Assembly: GCA_039815185.1 (NCBI GenBank)
Contig: JBCBZT010000079.1
Coordinates: 1-25,613, forward strand
DNA: 25,613 bases
Reading direction: 5' to 3'
Source of the DNA: Cyanobacteria bacterium P01_A01_bin.123
GTDB taxonomy: Bacteria > Cyanobacteriota > Cyanobacteriia > Phormidesmidales > Phormidesmidaceae
Part shown: in pieces, positions 8,798 to 16,749 of the stretch
Layout of the letters: each line of letters starts with the position of its first letter
Position numbering within the stretch: the stretch's first letter is position 1
The notes under the pieces: model-generated
The model's database searches: none
Told to the model about the DNA's origin: nothing
The model's input: the letters and a program-made list of their open reading frames with translations, nothing else
Made by a program: the position numbers and the translations under genes

Positions 8798-9380
8798 GTA
8801 GAGGGATATACCTATTGGGCAACGAAAGTTATAAGGTGGTTATTACTTTCGTTGAATCAGGGTTTGAGGCGTTTGTCAGATGCGTTTCTATCCTTGAATT
8901 TTTAGTATAAGGACATACAAAGTCAAACAAGCTATTGTCGAAAAGTTAGGAGAAATGACATGAATAATAAACTATCTCTCTTTCTTAGTGGCACAGTTTC
9001 AGCTGTTATGATTACGACCAAAAAAGTCTTTGCGCAGCTCACATTTACAGGACAATAAAGAGGCAACTAGGCTCTGCCTAAACTTTGACAATAAGGGTAA
9101 CGTTTACACGTATGGCAGCGCCGATCGCTGTCAAGGATAGAAGTGAAACTCATAACCCTAATGAGTACAAAGATTGGACTCTCTTGAGTTGTAAACGAAG
9201 GGAATCTATTTGATTATGCTCGTTTATGCCTGCGTCTCAGCGGCGATCGCTATTCTATTCCAAGCAAAACTTTCCTTAAGGTGATCAATGGCGTTTTGGC
9301 GATCGCCAGTTAGGCATATTCAGGAAACTACTCCCTCAAAATCAACCTTCGGTCAGTGCGATCGTCGTTCTTGTAGAGAC

Positions 9381-9418
9381 CGTTTTAGAAGTAAAGCGAT
9401 CGCTGCTGAACCTAAACG
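9381..9418 (+). ncRNA. Candidate structured leader (glutamine riboswitch-like E-loop hairpin)
   Basis: CGTTT...AAACG outer stem and GAAGTAA...GAA E-loop-like pattern directly upstream of a DUF4278 gene. It is not a clean glnA-motif match. Confidence 0.3.
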
Positions 9419-9443
9419 ATTTCAACCATAAGGTGGCCTATTT

Positions 9444-9698
9444 ATGAAACTTACCTACCGGGGCAATTCCTATGAAGTTCCTGCCCAAGTCCAGCTTGAC
9501 CTTGATTATACGGAGCAACCTAAAATCCAACTTGTTTATCGAGGTCATACATATGAATACACACCATGTCATGCAATAGTTTCCGAAGAAGATAACGCAG
9601 ATTGTCCATCTGTAACTCTGATCTATCGGGGAATCAAGTATGAGCGCAAAGTTCAATCCACTTCCCAAGGCCCCTCGAATGTTCAGTGCATACGCTGA
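9444..9698 (+). CDS. DUF4278 domain protein
   Basis: Three L-x-YRG-x-x-Y repeats (LTYRGNSY, LVYRGHTY, LIYRGIKY). RBS AAGGTGG. Confidence 0.85.
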   Translation: MKLTYRGNSYEVPAQVQLDLDYTEQPKIQLVYRGHTYEYTPCHAIVSEEDNADCPSVTLIYRGIKYERKVQSTSQGPSNVQCIR

Positions 9699-9885
9699 TT
9701 GGCTGACAGCACGACTAACCCTGAGAAAGGCCAGACGTAACTGTCGTAAGCTACACAACTTCCATTAGCTCTTCGGGTTTAACCGCATAGTTCAAGGCGC
9801 ACTGAGCAAAGACCTCATTTATTTCTCTGTCTTTATCTCAGTCCTTGACAAAAAGCAGTAGTCACAAAATTAAGGAGTTACCGAC

Positions 9886-10539
9886 ATGTCTGCAGCACAG
9901 GATTTACCGCTTTGGGTTCAGGATAGAGAAGATGTTCTCAAACAAAGCAAAGAGACTGAGTGGCGCTATGGCGATCGCCCTGACTATTCTCGTAATAACG
10001 CCATTTCAGTAGAAGAGCGGCGTCAACACAAACAAGGCTCGTTAGACTGGATCGCTCACAATCTGGTGAGAACATTTGAGATGGAGGCAACTTTCAAAAC
10101 AAATCCTCAGCAATGGATTTCAGTGGTTGTAGATAAGTTTCGCATGAGTACTAACGGGGGACAAGCGCATACGGCGCAAGAGATCATTGATGCTGGAACA
10201 TACAATCTTTTTCTAAATGATTCAGAGCACTATCGTGCTTCTGATGAAAACTTCGAATCCTCTTATAATCTCTTCCATACTGCATTTCCTAACGGATTTC
10301 ATTGGGAGCTGATAGAAGTAGTTGCAGGACCGCCTAACGTCGTTTTCAAGTGGAGGCATTGGGGGGAGTTTATGGGTGCTTATAAAGAGAATCAGCCTAC
10401 GGGAGAGACCATTGAAATCATCGGACTAAGCATTGCTAAAGTAACGGATGATTTGAAGATCGAGTCTGTAGACCATTTTTTTGACACCAATAAGCTCTTG
10501 ACTAAGTTAGCTGGCAGTGGCTGCCCCATGAGCCACTAG
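9886..10539 (+). CDS. SnoaL/NTF2-like 'pathogen-related protein' homolog
   Basis: WRYG..PDY, NLVRTFEME, GTYN, AFPNGFHWE, GPPNVVFKWRHWG and C-terminal GCP. Strong RBS AAGGAG. Confidence 0.85.
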   Translation: MSAAQDLPLWVQDREDVLKQSKETEWRYGDRPDYSRNNAISVEERRQHKQGSLDWIAHNLVRTFEMEATFKTNPQQWISVVVDKFRMSTNGGQAHTAQEIIDAGTYNLFLNDSEHYRASDENFESSYNLFHTAFPNGFHWELIEVVAGPPNVVFKWRHWGEFMGAYKENQPTGETIEIIGLSIAKVTDDLKIESVDHFFDTNKLLTKLAGSGCPMSH

Positions 10540-10546
10540 TCATGCC

Positions 10547-10594
10547 AGTCCTGCACCGTTATCTGGTAGCGGTGCAGGACTCTTTCTATTTTTT
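10547..10594 (+). terminator. Rho-independent terminator
   Basis: AGTCCTGCACCGTTA / TAGCGGTGCAGGACT stem followed by a T-rich tract, just after the stop at 10539. Confidence 0.85.
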
Positions 10595-10727
10595 GTACTA
10601 ATCGCTATTCAACTCAAAGAAAGAGAGCAGACAGTCAGTCTTTACTTCAAATGCTCCACTTTAAACGCTCCCAATCGTCCAGCTTCTATAGGCAAAATAC
10701 CAGTAAACCTGCAAAATACTCTCTATC

Positions 10728-11711
10728 ATGGTTTCAATACTGCCCGGCGCACCCTGGCTAATCGCCCATCGCACCATGCTTGGTATCAACCGTCCGTACA
10801 AAGTTACTCTTAACGGGACGGACTATGTGCTTTGGCAAAGCTCCGATGGGACAATCTCAGCACTAGAGAATAGTTGTCCGCATATGCAAGCTCCCCTGTC
10901 AGAAGGATGGATTTGCCGAGATCGCAACACTATTACTTGCCCCTTTCATGCTCTAGAATTCGACAGTACTGGCTGGTTCATCGAGCTAGACGCTAACGCC
11001 GAAAGAGGATCCCTCAAGTCTTTAGCTAAGCCGTTAAACATTGTTATTCAGGGCGATTTTATTTGGACTTACGGTAATGAGGAACCTAAATTAGAGATTC
11101 CAAGCCTACATAAAACGATTACGGCGGGGAGTATTTTTGTTGGGGCAACAGGAGATCGCGCCATAGAAGCGTCCTTCCTCAATGCGATTATGATCAACTA
11201 CGATTTCAATCATGCCTTCACTACCCATCGCCATCCGCTCAAGCTACAACAAGTTAACCCTAGCAACTACAAAGAAAGTGGACATCGTAGCAGTGTTACG
11301 CAAGAAATCATTCGAGAAAACAATAGTTGGCTAGAGAAATTAAAGAACCCAGCTCTAGCCTTTACACCTCAGCGCTATGTCAATCAGTTTGAATATATCT
11401 TTCCCTCTACCACCTGTGTCATAGCCGATTTACCCGTCGGCCAAGTAATTAGCCTGTTTGTGCTCTATCCAGAGAGCGAAACCCAAACCAGAAGCTTCGT
11501 TCTAGTGTTTGCCAAAACGCTTTATGGCTGGCTGATTCCGCTGATGCGATCGCAAACGCTTGGGACGTTTGAATTAATAGTTGAGCAAGATGCTGACATG
11601 CTGGCACAGCTATACCAGCGAGAACCCCCGAAAATTCGCCTGGCCAAGGAAGATATTATGTTTCGTGCTGAAAAGCTTTACCATAGCTGGCCCGATCCTC
11701 TCTATAAATAG
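10728..11711 (+). CDS. Rieske non-heme iron oxygenase
   Basis: Rieske ligands CPH...CPFH, mononuclear Fe motif NYDFNHAFTTH and distal EQD. Confidence 0.9.
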   Translation: MVSILPGAPWLIAHRTMLGINRPYKVTLNGTDYVLWQSSDGTISALENSCPHMQAPLSEGWICRDRNTITCPFHALEFDSTGWFIELDANAERGSLKSLAKPLNIVIQGDFIWTYGNEEPKLEIPSLHKTITAGSIFVGATGDRAIEASFLNAIMINYDFNHAFTTHRHPLKLQQVNPSNYKESGHRSSVTQEIIRENNSWLEKLKNPALAFTPQRYVNQFEYIFPSTTCVIADLPVGQVISLFVLYPESETQTRSFVLVFAKTLYGWLIPLMRSQTLGTFELIVEQDADMLAQLYQREPPKIRLAKEDIMFRAEKLYHSWPDPLYK

Positions 11712-12008
11712 AGAGCACAAACCAATCAACGTATGAATCCTAATGGTCTTTCAAATCATGTCACCTGTTCCTACACCAGAGAGTAGCATCCACATAAAAG
11801 AGAGCGTAGCCAGTAGCTCAGAGGCATTCACAATCATGGGGCACAGCTCTATTTCTCGTCATGATTCTCGCTTGTATGCTTTTAGGGGCGTCAATGAGGT
11901 ATTAGGTGACAGCTCATTCTCTAGTCGTCTCTCAGATCATGAAGATCCTGCTGAACCTTTTAACGTTTCCAGCCTAAATAGGTTTCGGCTTTCCGATTAA
12001 GTCTATTT

Positions 12009-12776
12009 CTAATTTTCTTTAAAGAGATGCAGTTCCATTGATATTGTTTCACGCATTCTGTAGAAAGGTCTATTCCAAACAGGAGAAACATCACAGTCCC
12101 ATGTAGCAACGGGGATAAGGTTCCTTCTGACAAGATGAGTAAATAAGTATATTTCATCTTTTGGTTCGCGAGAGAAACAGAACGGATTGCGATATGAATT
12201 ATCATCGATTTGATGATATTTGCGATCGTGCATATCGATAAGTTGTAAAATCTCTTGTCCTCGACTAAGCAAATAATCTAGAAAAATCAAACTAAAAGGT
12301 TCAATTAAGTGACGACTTTGAGGTTCCTTTTGGACCCACCTTGCCCAGTCAAACCCATAGACAAAATCATGGAGGTAACGAAAATGGATGTTTGATTTAT
12401 TTCCAAACAACTCCATCAACGCCTCTATCTTTTTGCCAAATAATTTTAAGAAACATTCAGCTCCTTCTTCCGCGACCAAAGCTTGTTTCAACATACTGAT
12501 GACAAAAAAATCAAAATCCCAAAAGATATTCTCAGGAAAATTGTTTAATATAGATTTAAGAATGTTTTTCAACGTATCTTTAAATACATTAATAAATAGA
12601 GGATCGTCGATTATTTGAACGATCATATCTCCCAAGTCAGCAAAGCTAGTAGATAAAATTTTGTGTGGATTTAGCGATAGAGGCTCGATGCTATACTGCT
12701 TGAGTATTTCATCTAAGCACTCGAAAGAACGATCTGTTATTGAGGGATAATTCATATTGATATCTAAGTTTCCCAA
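12009..12776 (-). CDS. Hypothetical protein, function unknown
   Basis: 255-aa ORF in AT-rich DNA overlapping the upstream gene by 13 bp. Motif-like blocks FPENIFWDFD, FRYLHDFVYGFDWARWV and YRNPFCFSREP. Confidence 0.75.
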   Translation of the reverse strand: MGNLDINMNYPSITDRSFECLDEILKQYSIEPLSLNPHKILSTSFADLGDMIVQIIDDPLFINVFKDTLKNILKSILNNFPENIFWDFDFFVISMLKQALVAEEGAECFLKLFGKKIEALMELFGNKSNIHFRYLHDFVYGFDWARWVQKEPQSRHLIEPFSLIFLDYLLSRGQEILQLIDMHDRKYHQIDDNSYRNPFCFSREPKDEIYLFTHLVRRNLIPVATWDCDVSPVWNRPFYRMRETISMELHLFKEN

Positions 12777-13603
12777 AAAAGTGCACGATCGATTTCTGAG
12801 AGCCAGTCTTTAAAGTCAGTAATTCCTTCTTTAAGAACACGCATAGCTTCAGTACCAATGGCTAGCCCGTGGATACCACGAATATGGCTCAAACGTTTCA
12901 CATCGCTGACAGTGCGTATCCCAAAACCACAAAGAATTTTTGCATTTGGTGCAGCCTTTGCCACTTTATCAACAGCAGATTGTATTTGCGGTGAAGGCAA
13001 CAATTCGCCACCTGTACGACTAGCTACGCCCAAATATACAAGCATTGTTTTAACGCTTAAATTTCGTTCTGGAAACTCAGAGAATGTAGAAACAAATTGA
13101 ATCGGTAGTGGTAGTTTTTGGTCTTGTAATGGCCTCTCAAGCATAGCTAAAAATTCAATGTTATCGGTCATCACAGCATCAATTGATCCTTGAATGCGAT
13201 CGCGGAGAATCTCTACATTTGGTCGTTGTTCGTCTTTAAGATGTATTAGCAAATTTGGTCGGTAACTAGCATAGAAATAGAGTAATTCTTCATCGGAAAT
13301 TCCTGTTTTAGAAGCTACATTGTGTGCTTCCTTAATTATGGTACTAATATTCGAACCATTAAGGAGAGCTACAGGTAACCCACATTCAAAAATTGTTGTC
13401 TCGTATGTTTGTAACAAATCAAAAGCCTGCTTTGATAGTTCCAACGATGGATAACCATGAATTAAATAAACGCCAAGTGCCAAGCGACCAGAGTCATTAC
13501 TGGCTGTGATAGCATTAAGAATCTCCACAGGATCATGAATTTTATGATCCATTTTCATTTGAATAGTTGGGTTATTGACCATTGCATCAGTCTGCTCCAT
13601 CAT
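12764..13603 (-). CDS. Divergent tryptophan synthase alpha-like TIM barrel protein
   Basis: YLIHGYPSLE, FECGLP (Glu49 equivalent), YLGVASRTGG, CGFGI and GLAIGT occur in TrpA order. The DPxADG loop is absent. Confidence 0.75.
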   Translation of the reverse strand: MMEQTDAMVNNPTIQMKMDHKIHDPVEILNAITASNDSGRLALGVYLIHGYPSLELSKQAFDLLQTYETTIFECGLPVALLNGSNISTIIKEAHNVASKTGISDEELLYFYASYRPNLLIHLKDEQRPNVEILRDRIQGSIDAVMTDNIEFLAMLERPLQDQKLPLPIQFVSTFSEFPERNLSVKTMLVYLGVASRTGGELLPSPQIQSAVDKVAKAAPNAKILCGFGIRTVSDVKRLSHIRGIHGLAIGTEAMRVLKEGITDFKDWLSEIDRALFWET

Positions 13604-13689
13604 TGTTGTTTAAAGCCTCTACGATAACCTGCCACAAGCAATCTCTAGTAAGAGATAGTACTAAAAACTTATTTTAATATTTACGCTTC

Positions 13690-13995
13690 ATGTGGCGTAG
13701 ACAGCACAATAATATCGCGATCTACTATGATTTCATTCATCGCTTCATCGGGCGTAAACTATAGTCTGCCGTCTTTACTTTTATCCTCATAGCTCAGCAG
13801 TCCAGTGTTTTCCCACTTGGTCGCCCAGTCTAACTGCGGAACTTCAGCGGGCGTTTTGTCTTGCGAGCTTTCCACTAAGTTATATCGAGCAAACCCAGCG
13901 AGTGCAGGCGCAGTTGTGTACAAAATAACGATAAATAACAGTGCCCAGCCTGCCGAATATTTTGCAGCACGTACGTTTGGTACTGTGTAGAATCG
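13690..13995 (-). pseudogene. Internal fragment of a sodium:solute (ActP-like) symporter
   Basis: Not in the ORF track. Minus strand from 13995 reads RFYTVPNVRAAKYSAGWALLFIVILYTTAPALAGFAR...KWENTGLL...DGRL*...DRDIIVLSTP, with an in-frame TAG at 13759-13761. Confidence 0.8.
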
Positions 13996-14026
13996 AAATG
14001 ATGGGTTTAGACCCGGTGTTTTAGGT

Positions 14027-14091
14027 TGTGACAGTTGGCTCCAAAACTGGACTCAATATGGACTGTGTACCAGTGTGACAGTTGCCCAAAA
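14027..14091 (+). repeat. Direct repeat TGTGACAGTTG...CCAAAA x2
   Basis: Copies start at 14027 and 14074, between two truncated genes. Confidence 0.5.
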
Positions 14092-14159
14092 GCTTGGTTT
14101 TGCTGTTACGTTCCAATTGACTCATCAAGCCAAGTGTTAAACATTCAAGCCTTTCTATG

Positions 14160-14474
14160 TCAAAAGCTTGAGGTGGCTACGGCTATAATCGCCACGGCAG
14201 TGTCTACCTTGACTTTAGTCTGCGATCGCAACCACGCCGTCACACAGGTGCTGATCGTGTCAAATACAAATGCCCCAACGATGAGCGGTAATTGGAAGAA
14301 ATTCGCAATCACTAACCCCGGCATTACCGCGTGAGCTACGACATCTCCTAGTAGCCCCATTCGCTGCACAACTAGATACGTGCCAATCACTGGGCAGAGA
14401 ATACCAACTAGAATTCTAGCTGCCAAGGCATAGCGCATGAAGTCTTAGGCGAAGGGATCGATCAAGAAAGGCAT
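14160..14474 (-). pseudogene. Zn/Mn ABC permease (ZnuB/MntB family), N-terminal remnant
   Basis: ATG at 14474 overlaps the WD40 stop. It reads MPFLIDPFA*DFMRYAL...GTYLVVQRMGLLGDVVAHAVMPG...DTAVAII and then breaks off. Confidence 0.85.
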
Positions 14475-15562
14475 CATCCAAACCCCCTGCCCCGATTACT
14501 CTGCTTCCACACCAGCCACTCCCCTTGCTGTCCGCCTGCAGCGAGCCATTTTCCATTAGGGCTCCAGCCGAGGGTGGAAAAACCCTGGGAAGCCCCTTCT
14601 AGAATCTGAGTAGCTCGTTGAGCTTTTTGCCAGAGGCAGATCCAGCCGTCTTCGGCAGCAGAAGCGAGGAGGATACTGTTGGGTTGAAAGGCGATCGCGT
14701 TTACTCGCTGCTCATGTAAGTCGAGCACCTGGGCATCCCAGCCGTCGCTAGCATCGCTTTGCTTTCGCCAGACGACAACATTGGTGCCGCTAGCGTTAGC
14801 CAAGAGAGGAGCTTGTCCTACAGAGACGTCAGACCAAACAAGCTGGCGGACTTTACCCGGAAAGCCGCGCATCTGCCACGGATCAGCGCTGTCAAAGGGC
14901 CACACCAGCAAGGTTCGATCAAGATTGCCGGAAGCCAGGTATTGGCCATCGGGGGAGAGGGCGATCGCCATACTGGCCGCCGCAATTTCGCGCACCTCTG
15001 GATCAGCATCCCAGTCATCACGGTGCCAGATTTTGACGCCTTGGTGTCCGCTAACGGCTAAGTGGTTGCCCTGTGGATGCCAGCCCATATCTAAGATCGA
15101 TGAATTTTCGAACTGTAACGTGGTGATGACGTCTCCGGCCTCGATATCCCAGACTTGGGCATAGCGACCGAGGCTGAAGGCGAGTTCGTTACGGGTGGGG
15201 TTCCAGGCGAGGCTGTCAAGCCAGGTGCGAGGGTGGGGAAGGATGGTGGGGGAGTGGGCTTCGGCGTGAGCGCTCAGCCGAACGGTGGATAGATGAATGG
15301 GCCAAATGAGAAGCTGGCCAGATTGGCCGCCAGCAGCAAGATATTGGCCGTCTGAGGAGAAGGTAAGGCAATCGATTGACTCACCGTTTGCCTCTTGGAG
15401 GCAACTCTCTTTCTGGGTTTCAGGATTGACCAGGATAATTTCGCCAGCAGCAGAGGCGATCGCTAAGGTTGGCTGCTCCGAGGACCAGGCGATCGCCGTC
15501 ACATAGTCGTTCAGATGGCCTCGCTGACAAACATCCAGAGGCGTTTTGGTCACACTAGGCAC
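14474..15562 (-). CDS. WD40 repeat protein (COG0523-associated)
   Basis: About seven WD-like repeats (FSSDGQYLAAGG, LSPDGQYLASG, WSPNGKWLAAGG). Overlaps the GTPase stop. Confidence 0.9.
   Translation of the reverse strand: MPSVTKTPLDVCQRGHLNDYVTAIAWSSEQPTLAIASAAGEIILVNPETQKESCLQEANGESIDCLTFSSDGQYLAAGGQSGQLLIWPIHLSTVRLSAHAEAHSPTILPHPRTWLDSLAWNPTRNELAFSLGRYAQVWDIEAGDVITTLQFENSSILDMGWHPQGNHLAVSGHQGVKIWHRDDWDADPEVREIAAASMAIALSPDGQYLASGNLDRTLLVWPFDSADPWQMRGFPGKVRQLVWSDVSVGQAPLLANASGTNVVVWRKQSDASDGWDAQVLDLHEQRVNAIAFQPNSILLASAAEDGWICLWQKAQRATQILEGASQGFSTLGWSPNGKWLAAGGQQGEWLVWKQSNRGRGFG
15257..15283. mobile_element. 27-nt palindromic small dispersed element in frame within the WD40 gene
   Basis: GGC-TTCGGC-G-TGAGCGCTCA-GCCGAA-C style inverted repeat interrupting a GGATGG/GGAGTGG/GGTGG purine-rich tract. 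Encodes VRLSAHAEA. Confidence 0.65.
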
Positions 15563-16518
15563 GCGCGAAAGTCCTCCCGAAGTTGCGCTTCGTTCAGGTT
15601 ACGACCGATAAAGACCAGCTCATTCTTACGAGTTTCAGTCGGTTTCCACAGGCGATCGGCCCGACCATCAAACAGCATGTGTACTCCCTGGAACACAAAC
15701 CGCTGATCTTCTCCGGCCATATTGAGGATACCTTTCATCCGAAAGATGTTGGGTCCCTGGGTTTGCAGCAGTTCGCTGAGCCAGGCGTTGAGTTTTTCGC
15801 CATCCAATTCTCCCGCTTCCACCAGGGCAATGGAGCCAACGGTTTCGTCGTGTTCGTGGGCATCTTCGCCCAAAAAGTCGGGGTCAACTTCCAGCGCCCG
15901 ATTTAGATCAAAGGCATTGACACCCAGAATAGACTCCATCTCAATCGCAGCATCGCGGGTGCGGTATACCTTTGCCATCGCGTTCATGGAATGAATTCGG
16001 GTTTCTAGGGCTTCCAGGTCAGCCTCACTCACCAAGTCAGTCTTGTTCAGCAGAATCACATCGGCAAAGGCAATCTGCTCTTGAGCTTCGTCGGCATCCC
16101 AATGGTCATGGATGTGCTTGACATCCACCACTGTGACTACCGCATCCAGGTTGAGCCGACCCTGCATGTCTTCATCCACAAAAAAAGTCTGGATGACGGG
16201 GGCTGGGTCAGCCAGCCCTGTGGTTTCAATCACTAGGTGATCAAACTTGTCACGTCGCTTCATCAGGTTGCCAATGATGCGAATCAGATCACCTCGCACC
16301 GTGCAACAGATGCAGCCGTTATTCATCTCAAAGATTTCTTCATCGGCGTCAATCACCAGCTGATTGTCAATGCCGACCTCTCCAAACTCGTTGACGATCA
16401 CCGCCACCTTTTTGCCGTGCTCATGGGTGAGGATGCGGTTCAGCAGGGTGGTCTTACCTGCGCCCAAATAGCCCGTCAGGACGGTCACGGGTACTGTATC
16501 GATCGTGGTGTTAACCAT
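15550..16518 (-). CDS. COG0523/CobW family G3E GTPase (metallochaperone)
   Basis: GYLGAGKT, VNEFG, GCICC, ETTGLADP, NKTD, short HEHD patch and CobW_C-like RMKG...FQGVH. Confidence 0.95.
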   Translation of the reverse strand: MVNTTIDTVPVTVLTGYLGAGKTTLLNRILTHEHGKKVAVIVNEFGEVGIDNQLVIDADEEIFEMNNGCICCTVRGDLIRIIGNLMKRRDKFDHLVIETTGLADPAPVIQTFFVDEDMQGRLNLDAVVTVVDVKHIHDHWDADEAQEQIAFADVILLNKTDLVSEADLEALETRIHSMNAMAKVYRTRDAAIEMESILGVNAFDLNRALEVDPDFLGEDAHEHDETVGSIALVEAGELDGEKLNAWLSELLQTQGPNIFRMKGILNMAGEDQRFVFQGVHMLFDGRADRLWKPTETRKNELVFIGRNLNEAQLREDFRACLV

Positions 16519-16539
16519 GGCGAATTGCCGACTAATAAA

Positions 16540-16560
16540 TGAGAACGATTACTATTCTCA
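16540..16560. promoter_or_regulatory. Zur/Fur-type box
   Basis: TGAGAA-CGATTACTA-TTCTCA inverted repeat in the divergent promoter between the COG0523 gene and the ABC operon. Confidence 0.75.
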
Positions 16561-16749
16561 GATGATACTGCATCCTACGGTTTTGCCAATCTCCATGAAG
16601 CGTCAATCAGGCTTTAGCACAAGAGATTTCTCTCGTTGTTTATCCCTCCCCCCTGGATTGTTCCTTCAGAGTAACAGTGATAGCCTCCAAACTTAGGCGC
16701 TTTTGGATTGCGTCGTGACCTATTGGTTTTCGGGTAATGCATCAAGCTT

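Noticed and set aside
11743..12000. 85-aa plus-strand ORF after the Rieske gene
   Set aside because: No recognisable motif or RBS. Cannot be supported.
14027..14091. CRISPR mini-array
   Set aside because: Only two short imperfect repeats with a 47-bp period and no cas genes.
13805..14334. Plus-strand ORFs 13805-13990 and 14035-14334
   Set aside because: They are antisense shadows of the symporter and permease fragments.
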